From the NCBI GenBank assembly GCA_950097015.1, contig CATNEN010000002.1, positions 9,052,001 to 9,116,000 on the forward strand: a stretch of 64,000 nucleotides of DNA, written 5' to 3'. Position numbers and translations under genes: made by a program. This document shows positions 38,901-48,855 of this stretch, piece by piece; the stretch's first letter is position 1; the number at the start of each line of letters is the position of its first letter. The notes under the pieces were generated by a model. The model did not search any database. It was not told the DNA's origin and saw only the letters and a list, made by a program, of their open reading frames with translations. Source of the DNA: Macrostomum hystrix (taxonomy: Eukaryota > Animalia > Platyhelminthes).

Positions 38901-41900
38901 GTCTCTACCACATTGCCCTGTCTCTACCACACTGCCCTGTCTCTACCACACTGTCCTGTCTCTACCACACTGCCCTGTCTCTACCACACTGCCCTGTCTC
39001 TACCACACTGCCCTGTCTCTACCACACTGCCCTGTCTCTACCACACTGCCCTGTCTCTACCACACTGCCCTGTCTCTACCACACTGCCCTGTCTCTACCA
39101 CACTGCCCTGTCTCTACCACACTGCCCTGTCTCTACCACACTGCCCTGTCTCTACCACACTGCCCTGTCTCTACCACACTGCCCTGTCTCTACCACACTG
39201 CCCTGTCTCTACCACACTGCCCTGTCTCTACCACACTGCCCTGTCTCTACCACACTGCCCTGTCTCTACCACACTGCCCTGTCTCTACCACATTGCCCTG
39301 TCTCTACCACACTGCCCTGCCTCTACCACACTGCCCTGTCTCTACCACACTGCCCTGCCTCTACCACACTGCCCTGTCTCTACCACACTGCCCTGTCTCT
39401 ACCACACTGCCCTGTCTCTACCACACTGCCCTGTCTCTACCACACTGCCCTGTCTCTACCACACTGCCCTGTCTCTACCACATTGCCCTGTCTCTACCAC
39501 ACTGCCCTGTCTCTACCACACTGCCCTGTCTCTACCACACTGCCCTGTCTCTACCACACTGCCCTGTCTCTACCACATTGCCCTGTCTCTACCACACTGC
39601 CCTGCCTCTACTCTACCAATAACTGCAATTTCTCTACTCAGACTGATGCGTCTCAGCCCGGCTCAGCTCAGCAGCCGCCCGGCGCAGCTCAGCAGCCGCC
39701 CACCGCAGCTCAGCAGCCGCCCCTCGCAGCTCAGCAGCCGCCCACCGCAGCTCAGCAGCCACTCGCCGCAGCTCAGCAGCCGCCCACCGCAGCTCAGCAG
39801 CCGCCCCCCGCAGCTCAGCAGCCGCCCCCCGCAGCTCAGCAGCCGCCCCCCGCAGCTCAGCAGCCGCCCACCGCAGCTCAGCAGCCGCCCACCGCAGCTC
39901 AGCAGCCGCCCCCCGCAGCTCAGCAGCCGCCCACCGCAGCTCAGCAGCCACTCGCCGCAGCTCAGCAGCCGCCCACCGTAGCTCAGCAGCCGCCCACCGC
40001 AGCTCAGCAGCCGCCCACCGCAGCTCAGCAGCCGCCCGCCGCAGCTCAGCAGCCCAAGTCGCGTGCCGGGCAGGAGTATATTTGCCCATTCGGTGACTGC
40101 ATGCCAATCAAAGAGTCCCGCTTTAGTGAACACATCAAAAGAGCGCATATGAATCTGATCGAAGAGACAAAACAAAATCTGGCAAAGGATGGGCTTCCTG
40201 AATTTATTCTGCACAAAAGAGCCCTCCAGATTCTGCGTGCTTCTGTTAAGCTTAACACGCATCAGCTGACTGCCGGCCCAATGGCAGAGAAGGCGGTACA
40301 GTGCGAAATCTGCGGCGAGTGGCGCAACGACACAAATTTGCTGGCGAGCCACAGACGCAACAGCCACCCAGACGCAGCAAGAGCTGCAAAGGAGCAGAAG
40401 CTGACTGAGGCCAGAAGCAGAGTGCCGGCTAGACCAGCCGTGGCCGAGCACCCGTCGACAGACGACGTTGAGGCACTCTGTGCATTCTTGGCCAGCTCTC
40501 TCGGTGGGCGCAAGAAGCCGGCAACGGTACGCGAAATTCGTTGCTACCTGAAGCGGCTGATGCGCTCACTTGACATCGACTCATTTAACTCACTGGTCAT
40601 CGAAGACCAGCGCGACCGAATCAGCGCGTATTTGGATAACCTTTCCTACTCGATGCTCAAGCAGAGCGTCTCTGCGCTGGAAAAAGTCGGCAACTTTATG
40701 GTCACCCGACGCTATCAACAAGTGATTGAGGATGGGCTGCTGCAGCATTTAACATCATACAGGCAGTCGACAAAGAATTGGACAGCTAGTTCCATGGGTC
40801 CCAAGGCAAAATATTACGCGGACCTGATGGACCGGAAGGAAGAAGAGCTCATGACCGGCGACCAAATTAAGGCCGTCTTCGAGATGAAGACCACCGTCCT
40901 GGAGGAGGCTAGGCGCACAAAAGACCGGTGAGTTCTTATAATCTTTAAAGTGGCACTTAGATTTTGAAGTGGCACTTAGATTTTGAAGTGGCACTTAGAT
41001 TTTGAAGTGGCACTTAGATTTTGAAGTGGCACTTAGATTTTAAAGTGGCACTTAGATTTTGAAGTGGCACTTAGATTTTGAAGTGGCACTTAGATTTTAA
41101 AGTGGCACTTAGATTTTGAAGTGGCACTTAGATTTTGAAGTGGCACTTAGATTTTGAAGTGGCACTTAGATTTTAAAGTGGCACTTAGATTTTAAAGTGG
41201 CACTTAGATATTGAAGTGGCACTTAGATTTTAAAGTGGCACTTAGATTTTGAAGTGGCACCTAATCTTTGAAATGGCACCTAATCTTTGAAATGGCACCT
41301 AATCTTTGAAATGGCACCTAATCTTTGAAATGGCACCTAATCTTTGAAATGGCACTTAATCATGGGATGAAAAAATCTTGGCCTCAACATTGACACAGGA
41401 CGGTGACATTCCTGGCCATCGGGATGTGTATTTGTTTCGGCGATGGAAACGCCAACCGGCAGGGCGTGGCCTCCGCCTGCAAAATTTCGGACGCACGCCG
41501 GTGGCTGAAGTCGCCGAATGAGCCTCTCAAAGTTAAAGAGCATAAATCAAATGAGGGCCACGGCTCAGCGTGGGCAAGTGTAACGCCGTGCGCAGACCTG
41601 GTGATGCAGGTCCTGGCGCAACGATTTGCGGAGAGCCCGAGCGACGACGCTCCGGCGTTTCTATTCCCGTACGGCTCTTTCGACCGCCTATTTTACCAGT
41701 ATAGAAAAAGATACTCACCGCTGCTGCACAATGTCACTGTTTCTAAATTCCGCGAGTGGCTGGAAACGATGGGTCTGGAATCCGCCACGGCGGAAGAACA
41801 GCGCTTGATGGCAGACCATCAAAATCACACCGAAGGAGTGCAGCGCCGATTTTACCAGGTAAGATTTACTCAAGTTATCTATAAAATCGCTTCACGAACT

Positions 41901-44900
41901 AGGAATTTCTCAAGCTGGAAGCTTTAATACATATATACTTGCTTTAGCAATAGCTTCACTTTCACTCTTTGAAAAGCTTCACTGTATAGTATTTTTTGAG
42001 AAATTATGAAACAAAAGAGTCCAAATAAGAATGTATTGTTAAAATTAAGTTTGCTTTTATTATTATTAACCTTTTTATCCCACCACTTTGCTAATCAGAC
42101 ACAGACTAAGAAAAGAAGAGAGAAGGGCCGCCAGCTCACAAAGCGACTGGTCACAGAGGGCGCCGGCGTGCGTGAAGAGGACGTAAACGCCAAGGCTCCG
42201 CTACTCGGCAACGACCTGCAATCGGCTGCTGGCAGCTTAGCGAGCAGAATTAACTGCGCCGCCAGTGAGTGCATTATTGTTAAATAAGCTTTGTGAATTG
42301 AGATTTTGATGAATTGTGACCTCAGTGAATTTCGTCAATTTGGCCAAGTGAATCAGGACCTCAGGGAGTCAGGACATAAGGGAATCGAAACCTGTATGCT
42401 TGTATGCCAAGTCGCAGTGTCGGTGCTATAAAGAAAGTAGCACCGACTTTCTATATTATATTTTTTTAATATAATGGGTGCAGAGGCTATAACAATTATA
42501 TAAATACATTATCAAATATGACACCGTTTTTTAGCTGCCGACGGCGGTATTCGCAGAAAGCCAGCCACTACCGCATCCGCAAAAGCCAAAGCCAAGCCGT
42601 GCCGGTGGCAGAAAACAACCGACGCTTCGGTGGCTGGTCCGAAGGCGAAACGGCCGAGTGCCGGCGCCGTTCTGCCTGAGAATGCTGCTGCTGGCGCCGT
42701 TCTGCCTGAGAATGCTGCTGCTGGCGCCGTTCTGCCTGAGAATGCTGCTGCTGGCGCCGTTCTGCCTGAGAATGCTGCTGCTGGCGCCGTTCTGCCTGAG
42801 AATGCTGCTGCTGGCGCCGTTCTGCCTGAGAATGCTGCTGCCGGCGCCGTTCTGCCTGAGAATGCTGCTGCTGGCGACTTTCTCGACAGCTTGACAAATC
42901 TGTCGTTCTCTTCTTCGCTGGCAGATTTTAACCAAGAGCTGCTTGAGGAATTGTACAGCTCGGCTGCGGGCTCCTCTGGCGTCGCTGGCGCTGATCTGCC
43001 CGCGGAGTCGGCTGCGGGCTCCTCTGGCGTCGCTGGCGCTGATCTGCCCACGGAGTCGGCTGCAGGCTCCTCTGGCGTCGCTGGCGCTGATCTGCCCGCG
43101 GAGTCGGCTGCGGGCTCCTCTGGCGTCGCTGGCGCTGATCTGCCCACGGAGTCGGCTGCGGGCTCCTCTGGCGTCGCTGGCGCTGATCTGCCCGCGGAGT
43201 CGGTTGCGGGCTCCTCTGGCGTCGCTGGCGCTGATCTGCCCACGGAGTCGGCTGCGGGCTCCTCTGGCGTCGCTGGCGCTGATTTGCCCGCGGAGTCGGT
43301 TGCGGGCTCCTCTGGCGTCGCTGGCGCTGATCTACCCGCGGAGTCGGCTGCGGGCGCAACCCGCAAAAGGCGGCTGCCACCAGCTGCCGACCAATCCTGC
43401 AAACGGCAGAAACTGGAGCCTGGCACGCTGGTGCTAGGGTACTGGCCGACCAATGGCGAATGTTGGTGGCCAGCAATGGTTTGTCTGCCACGACGCGGTT
43501 CGAGATGCACAAGAGGAGTGAGCATGATACATGTGCATGTGCAATTTTTCGACGCCCCACCGTCAAGTGCGTGGTTGCACCAGTGGCGGTTCGTGGAAAA
43601 TTCAATGGCAGCACCACGAGGCGCATCACAAGAGCTGAGAGAAGCCTTCGAGCAAATGGCAGCTGCTTCAAAAATAAGTGCTGAAGACCGTATTGACAGA
43701 TTCCTGAACTCTGTGTAACTTTCTACGCTTAATTAGGCCAAAAAACGAAGGCAGCAGATTCTGATCGATTCAAAGAGGGTGATTATAGGAAGACAGTTCT
43801 AGGAGAGTGATCGAAAGCAGATTGGGCAAGCTCAATTTAATGCATAGCAGCGGTGCCAACACCTGTGCTGCGCGGTTTTTTCTCTGTTGCACTTTTTCTG
43901 CGCTTTTGTACTATTTCAACATGCTATTAAAACTATTTTCTAACTTGTGAAACATGTCAATATAATATAATATTTGAAACTTGTAACTGAAAATTCGTAT
44001 GCACATAAAATATAATTTGAAAATGTGAAAATAAAGTAAATAATAAATTTATATATATAACTGAAATAGCTGGACTTGTGTCTAATACAATTGACCTCAA
44101 ACCCTTTAAAGCTGCGACCGAAATATTTTCCCATTTCTACTATTAGTAGCTTATAATGCAAAATTTACAGTTTCTTTGCAAAACTTTTATGTGTCATATT
44201 TCGAAATATTCTGGTCGGATATATTTTTTTGGAGTGTCATATCTGTGATGTGGCCTGTCGGGTATCCCCTACGATGTGCGTCATTTCTTTGTTTCGTGTC
44301 ATCACCGCTAACATAGGGGCTGAAGGGTAAAAGGAGTGAGGACGGGTCAGAGGGAAAGAGCTGGAAAGGACGGGTGAGGAAAGAGAGACGAACAGCTAGC
44401 CAATCAGAGACGAGGGAGCGGAAAGAGAGTTGAAGGTTTGCTAAGAAGTCGAAAGAAAGAGGGAGAGAGGAGAAAGTACAATAGGAGGGGCGAGCGTAAA
44501 CAACCACAGAGTGGAAGTGGAAGAGAGGAAGGATAAGAGTCCTGACTGTTATTTAAATGCTGCGATGCGAACCAAAGCTTGTGAAGAAAAAGCGCACCTG
44601 GTACTGGTCCGGCAAGCTTTGTAGCAGCAAAAATGTTCCACATCATTTTGGTTATTAACCAGTGCTCCTGCTACGCAATTGATAGAATTAGTATTCTCAC
44701 CTTGAGCACCTTCGATGCCGGCCCGGACTTCCGCTACCAAGCTTTCGAACTTTTTTTGATCATCTTCTTTGGTCAGCTTCACAACGGACCGGATGTGGTC
44801 GAGAACTTTCGGGTGCTGCAGAAGGTCAAGCGGATTTGTCTCTCCTGCCTGAGTTCGGGAAGCCATGTTGTCCACAACGTACACTTGAACTCCTCTGGTC

Positions 44901-46243
44901 GATACGCGCTGGAAATTTAATTTCTGAATATTAGTTCCTTAACAGTTCCCAAATAATACTAACCTTAATGTTAATAAGAAAAGGCAATCATAATTCATTT
45001 TGCGTGCCCTAAATTAGGCCAGACATTCCGTTAACAGCACAGCTGCAGCTATGGCGCGACGCGTCTGAAGGCTCCACCCTTAAATATCCCAGACATCCAA
45101 GCAATCCCAGAGTGCAAGCTATCACAGACATCCAAGCAATCCCAGAGTGCAAGCTATCACAGACATCCAAGCAATCCCAGAGTGCAAGCTATCACAGACA
45201 TCCCAGCTATTCCAGCTATCCCAGCTATCTCGGCTATCCCAGCAATCTAAGCAATCAAAGCTATCCAAGCTATCCAAGCTATTCGAGCTATCAGCAATCC
45301 TAGCTATCCCAGCTATTTCAGCAATCCCAGCTATCCCAGCTATCAGCAATCCTAGCTATTCCTGCTATTCCAGCTATCTCGGCTATCCCAGCAATCTAAG
45401 CAATCATAGCTATCCAAGCTATCCAAGCTATCCAAGCTATTCGAGCTATCAGCAATCCTAGCTATCCCAGCTATCAGCAATCCTAGCTATCCCAGCTATC
45501 AGCAATCCCAGCTATCCCAGCTATCCCAGCTATCCCAGCTATTCCAGCAATCCAAGCTATTTCAGCAATTCCAGCTATCCCAGCTATCCCAGCTATGCCG
45601 ATGTCCAATCAGCAGCTGTCTGAACTCAAGCAGTGAAGAGTTGAGTGTCTTGCTAGAAGCCAAATTTTGTTGCATTGAAGTCGGGAATCCAACTGTTTAA
45701 GGCGAGAGTCCGAAGCCGTAACCGATATTCTTAAAGCCCCTTCAACAGCCACAGCAAATATTGCAGCTAAGAAACTAATCATCGCGGTAGATGATGGCCC
45801 TTTGAAAATTGCCAGGATTTTGTATTTTTATGTCTACTGCTTTATAGTGCGACACAATTTGATGAGCGGAAGGTGAGATCACCCAGTGTGAAAATACTAA
45901 AATTTTAGGCATCCAGCAGTTCCTGCTCCCGGAGGCATTACCCGCTTCATCGTCAGTAGCAGGAGAGGCTGAACATACACCGCTGGCTTCTGGTTGAACA
46001 GAATCACAATGGCATCAGAGTTGTACACCAGCTCCACAACACTAGCCCAGTCCTTCAGGTTGTCGTGTCGGCTGACATTAACAATGCGATCCTCGACCTT
46101 TGAGTCGCCCCTAGCGGAAACTACATATCTGAAGCCATTTTTCATTTCGTCTTCCAATTTTCTGCTGGCATCGTTGGCTCCTCCGACCACAATCAAAGCG
46201 ACGTTGACTGTGCGGTAGTCACCGACGTCACCGTCAATAAGTA
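17934..46243 (-). CDS. TIR-STING-TIR-STING-like paralog 3. Exons 46243-45942, 44908-44701, 24973-24042, 23630-23417, 23273-23163, 18373-17934; introns inflated by a 19.7-kb region and a Gypsy element.
   Basis: Exons are homologous to paralogs 1 and 2, in the correct order, with intact splice sites and compatible phases (about 736 codons). Joining 44701 to 24973 is inferred from paralog structure. Confidence 0.75.
18731..23157 (-). mobile_element. Full-length Ty3/Gypsy LTR retrotransposon (Mag-like by gag/pol layout); 289-bp LTRs at 18731-19019 and 22869-23157; TSD CTCAC
   Basis: The two LTRs read as identical and have TG...CA ends. 5-bp direct repeat at 18726-18730 and 23158-23162. Polypurine tract GAAGGGGGGAGA lies next to the 3' LTR. 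Confidence 0.97.
19017..22868 (-). CDS. Gag-Pol polyprotein (about 1283 aa from the first ATG after the LTR)
   Basis: Zinc knuckle CTTCNKKNHYAAVC, protease VDTGAD, reverse transcriptase YQDD, RNase H TDAS, integrase HPG...CHTC and D,D(35)E-like region, in Gypsy domain order. Confidence 0.95.
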   Translation of the reverse strand: MASQASELNLEDPDTAEAWLLSFAAAARTKKLKDSEEEHQITDLFLSRAGLKALRTLTLMAAPDSLETKTFAQIRDIIDATIRPKRRLTIAERVKFLSLRQDPSEGVASYYRRLRAAAASCSFEKLGSKQTCEDELITMRLVDGLASVDHKRRLLERMQGIDMLLTDVLQELEQLEQIRYYNAGTGPTVTTESSIAYAGRRAAPPQLPPDTRSPRHTTRTKCQYCGGSHQQGSCPAFGKRCTTCNKKNHYAAVCRSRTVHLETWEEDDDAAPKPDAANVFVIRPENKERKGIFRRVKINGKELQMQVDTGADVSLIPRGHWEMLGRPALRKSKRILRQFDGSIIKTLGEFTATWNDKDKFRTVDLVVTAAHKSHGLLGLDNLDWNSERQTVGGQGTAVQHLNCLKGFQARIKLIEGAKPFYCAARAVPLHLRDRVNQELKRLQAEGIIEPVTEGGSEWASPIVCVLKPNGNIRICADYKAGVNHQVCGDTYPMPTVETIFSDVAGMTDFATLDLSDAYLQIELEEKSREVTTIATPLGLFRYTRLVPGLKSASAIFQKAMETTLEEVNGKVIYQDDILLGGRSSEDLKAKVDEVIKILQAAGMNINLAKSNLGAKSVKFLGYRIGAEGISPDPGLVSKIKEITAPRDRRQLESFLGLCNFFGRFVNNYAHIVEPLNQLRKKGVEFTWTTSQEAAFHQLKKLLSSSPIIQPYDRTKETTLTTDASEKAVAAVLTQEGHPVIYFSRRLTEAETRYSNIEREALAIVWSMERSRQFLLGKRFTLRTDHRPLEFLFGARQQLPKVANARILRWAIRLMGFDFAIEYARGVDIPHADALSRLDFADVPDDPYEAAPQQHLVHWAGESVIGWTELAEETKRDRLLADITRRIAGNRWSGCSPAERQFKAIRHALTLDGSVVCYGDRPVIPASLRSRVLELVHSGAHPGATSTRALVRNSVWWPGYCGDVEGFVRACHTCAKQRQSSHSSVHQWPAESEPWGRVHMDHAHVPKVGLLLILVDAMSAWPEAIRVPDKSAATVRRVLQEVFARNGVPRTLVSDNAAEFHDEGLVSWLHRIGCRAVKTPPYHLQSNGLAERMVQTIKVASAGWDQQEPYDAFLARILLNYRCVPHAGREFSPAQLMGRQLRNPITMKTAIRSEVWYAPTPSATPEKAEFLAQKGSNTALIMRQGDRVTLAHLDQLRRHEAGGNGDVATAAVSHEVAPRPADLPEARHENMPASLTQASAPGETADPPPAASGRVPSPAATPQRPSYNLRANRGVPPERFEGGR
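26087..26382. repeat. 32-bp minisatellite (CTTGTGTTTTGTATCCTTCCAGTTTAGCAGCC), about 9 copies
   Basis: Direct tandem periodicity. Confidence 0.93.
26830..27185. repeat. 18-bp degenerate minisatellite (GTGAGTGAGGCTGTGAAT)n
   Basis: Direct periodicity; gives the spurious VNVSEA / FTASLT ORFs. Confidence 0.9.
27201..37940. repeat. 116-bp satellite, 75 units in blocks of 15, 6, 49 and 5, separated by three near-identical 696-bp spacers (28929-29624, 30309-31004, 36677-37372)
   Basis: ORF track recurs every 116 bp; spacers all begin AAGGGCTACTCAATG and end CACAGCGCTTAAG. Confidence 0.97.
38375..43718 (+). CDS. 5-exon gene of about 1072 aa: C2H2-like zinc fingers, tyrosine-recombinase-like domain, low-complexity repeats, C-terminal PWWP. 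Exons 38375-38497, 39642-40927, 41399-41858, 42099-42264, 42535-43718.
   Basis: GT-AG junctions with phases 0,2,0,1 give 3219 nt in one frame. Motifs CPFGDC..HIKRAH, CEICG..HRRNSH, NANRQGVASACKIS, VSKFRE, ADHQNHTEGVQRRFY, and LVLGYWPTNGECWWPAMV...HVQFFDAPPSSAWL. Confidence 0.75.
38533..39610. repeat. 19-bp minisatellite (CTGCCCTGTCTCTACCACA)n filling intron 1 of the recombinase-PWWP gene
   Basis: Direct periodicity, bounded by GTAAGT (38498) and CAG (39639-39641). Confidence 0.95.
40944..41358. repeat. 19-bp minisatellite (GTGGCACTTAGATTTTGAA)n filling intron 2 of the recombinase-PWWP gene
   Basis: Direct periodicity, bounded by GTGAGT (40928) and CAG (41396-41398). Confidence 0.95.
45085..45600. 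repeat. Degenerate (CTATCCCAG)-based repeat, preceded by three 35-bp units, intronic in paralog 3
   Basis: Direct reading of the sequence. Confidence 0.85.
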
Positions 46244-47439
46244 CTGAAAAAGTACAAGAAAATGGCAAAGAAATGGATGCGGCAGCAAAACACGCTAACC
46301 TGGTAAATCTGAGGTTAGCGAACCTGATCGAACTCTGGTAGAGGCTTGTACTAAAATAGTAGAAATTGCATGCTTTAGTTGGGAATTTGTTTTAGTAATT
46401 GTTTAAAAACTAACCCAAGTTTCACTAATCAGACTCTGTACAGTTTGAGGTTGCTCTCAAAACAGTAACATGAGATTTATTCTTACCAAAATATACAAAA
46501 ACTTTTTTGTACACCAGCAATGCCACTTTCTAAACATAGCCCAATCACAGTAAATATTCAATTCTTAAATCACTCAATAAACATGAAGTCAGGGCATAAA
46601 ATGAGAGACTAAGACATACCGCCCAGATGGAGCAAAGATAGGAAAAATAGGTTTCCTAACCGATTGCAGGCATGTGAAAATCTAAGTCTAGTGGAACGTC
46701 TCTTATAGTGAAACGTCTCTTATCCGCTGACGCAACCGAGAAATCAGACATTGAGCGGCCTGTCTTTGAACCTGACCGGCCTATTATAGTCCTCAGTTCC
46801 AGTTCCAGCTGCAAGACTTACCGATAGGAGCGCTCAGCAGAGTCACAGAGCTGCTTGGCAATTCGATGTTCTCAGGTGCGTTCATCATCCTAAAATGCAA
46901 ATTATTTCGATTTGAGTGGGCCCAAATTTAAGTAAAGGAATTATTCAGTTTGAGTGCTGCATTCTTCAGATAAATTTCTATTTGAAATCAAATTTCCTCG
47001 AACCTGAATGCTTTCCCTAAATCCCTGTTTCTCTATCGCCTCCAGTAGTTGATATTCAGGAATGCATGAGTTGAGTTTGAAGCTAAGTAATCAATCCTTG
47101 ATGTGTCCACTGCGACTTTGAAGGCATACTCTTTTGAGGAAATATTGATTTCAGAAGCAGTAAACTGCACGCGGTGGCAACAACGTGTGCGACATATCTG
47201 ACCAGAGTTCAAAGAAAAACTTATTTTTAGCTTCAAAAGAAACGCTCGAGTTGAAAAAAGCACACTAAAAAAGAAGGAACGCGACTCACTCCAGCCATAT
47301 AATTCTAGATTTTACTCTTAATAAAGAATAATCTAGAATTCTTTGCTCCAGCTCATCTCAGTGGCGCCACTTTGTCGAGGCATTCTCACAGAAATCGAGA
47401 ATTCTCACAGAGCGAAAGGCAGAAAGACTGAAACAACTA

Positions 47440-47823
47440 ACGTACTTATGAACTTACGTACTTATGAACTTACGTACTTATGAACTTACGTACTTATGAA
47501 CTTACGTAATTCTGAACTTGCGTACTTATGAACTTACGTACTTATGAACTTACGTACTTATGAACTTACGTAATTCTGAACTTGCGTACCTATGAACTTA
47601 CGTACTTATGAACTCACGTACTTATGAACTTACGTACTTATGAACTTACGTACTTATGAACTTACGTAATTCTGAACTTTCGTACTTATGAACTTACGTA
47701 ATTCTGAACTTGCGTACTTATGAACTTACGTACTTATGAACTTACGTACTTATGAACTTACGTACTTATGAACTTACGTACTTATGAACTTACGTACTTA
47801 TGAACTTACGTACTTATGAACTT
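47440..47823. repeat. 16-bp minisatellite (GTACTTATGAACTTAC)n between paralogs 4 and 3
   Basis: Direct periodicity with a recurring GTAATTCTGAACTTGC variant. Confidence 0.95.
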
Positions 47824-48855
47824 AAAAGGTTAACTCCTAATCACCAGGTGATCAAACTACTCGTGCAATTAGTGCCTCTGTAATTGTCTCCAAACACAGA
47901 AGTGATTTATAGAAAAACTTAATCCATACATTCCTCCTATTAGCGACTTAGAAAACACACTTCAATATTGGACAAAAGTTCTAGAAAAAACTAGGATTGA
48001 AAGCTAGTTTACAGATGTCTGATTACAGTAGGTCGAAGTCCTACCAAATGGTTCAACAGCAGCAGCTGACTGAAAAAGGTGCTAGGAGTTGATGAACTTG
48101 ATGTAGGCTTGAGCGATGATTCCTGAACTTCCGAGATAAAATCGCTAAATTGATGATTCGAGTATATTTAATTTGGATAGTAGATCACCTACAGTGGATT
48201 TAGATTCAATCAAATTTAATAAATACGAGCACTCATTTAGGAAAAACATAGATACCTTAGGTAGATTAAACCCAGTAAAATTCTGCAAAATACGAGTGGT
48301 ACATGCAAAACTACTGGCTACTTTTGTGAGGGTCAGTTAGCTCATTGGAATAGGGAGATACAAAAAACCAAAAAGGACGAAAACATCTCAGCGATTCCGG
48401 AAAAAAGTAGCATGCTTCACATAAGCAAGCACATTTGGCATAAAATGGGTGAAAACGTATTCAGCTCTATTGTGCCCAGCACAATCAACGTGAAAATTAT
48501 GAATTGAGTTTTAAATATCGTGAAATATAAACTTACTTCGAAAACCAACTTCAAACTCTTTCTTGACTCACTAACGCTTGTTGATATTTAAATGGTCAAC
48601 GTCAACGCAGTTTAGTTAAGAAAGTAAATATATTTTTTAACGATGACCATTGCTGCTAAAATTAAAATGATTTCTAAGCATCACCGATTACTAAAAGATC
48701 TCACATTCATTAAAAAATTCGATAAATGGCACTTGATTCGCTGAAAAAGTAAATTAGAAAGCCATGCATATCGGCCGCCCTCATGGCAGAAATCTATATA
48801 GCACAGAGTCAGATTAGTTTAGATGAGTGACTCATAGTCTCAGGCTCTAAATAAT

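Noticed and set aside
38375-40931. Cys/His-rich repeat protein from ORFs 38375-39622, 38502-40931 and 38704-39981
   Set aside because: A 19-bp stop-free repeat bounded by canonical splice sites is better explained as an intron.
46299-46349. Candidate 51-nt upstream exon of paralog 3 (homologous stretch at about 6905-6960 in paralog 1)
   Set aside because: It fits phase in paralog 3, but the paralog 1 counterpart has a 1-nt shift and no matching donor, so it was left out of the gene models.
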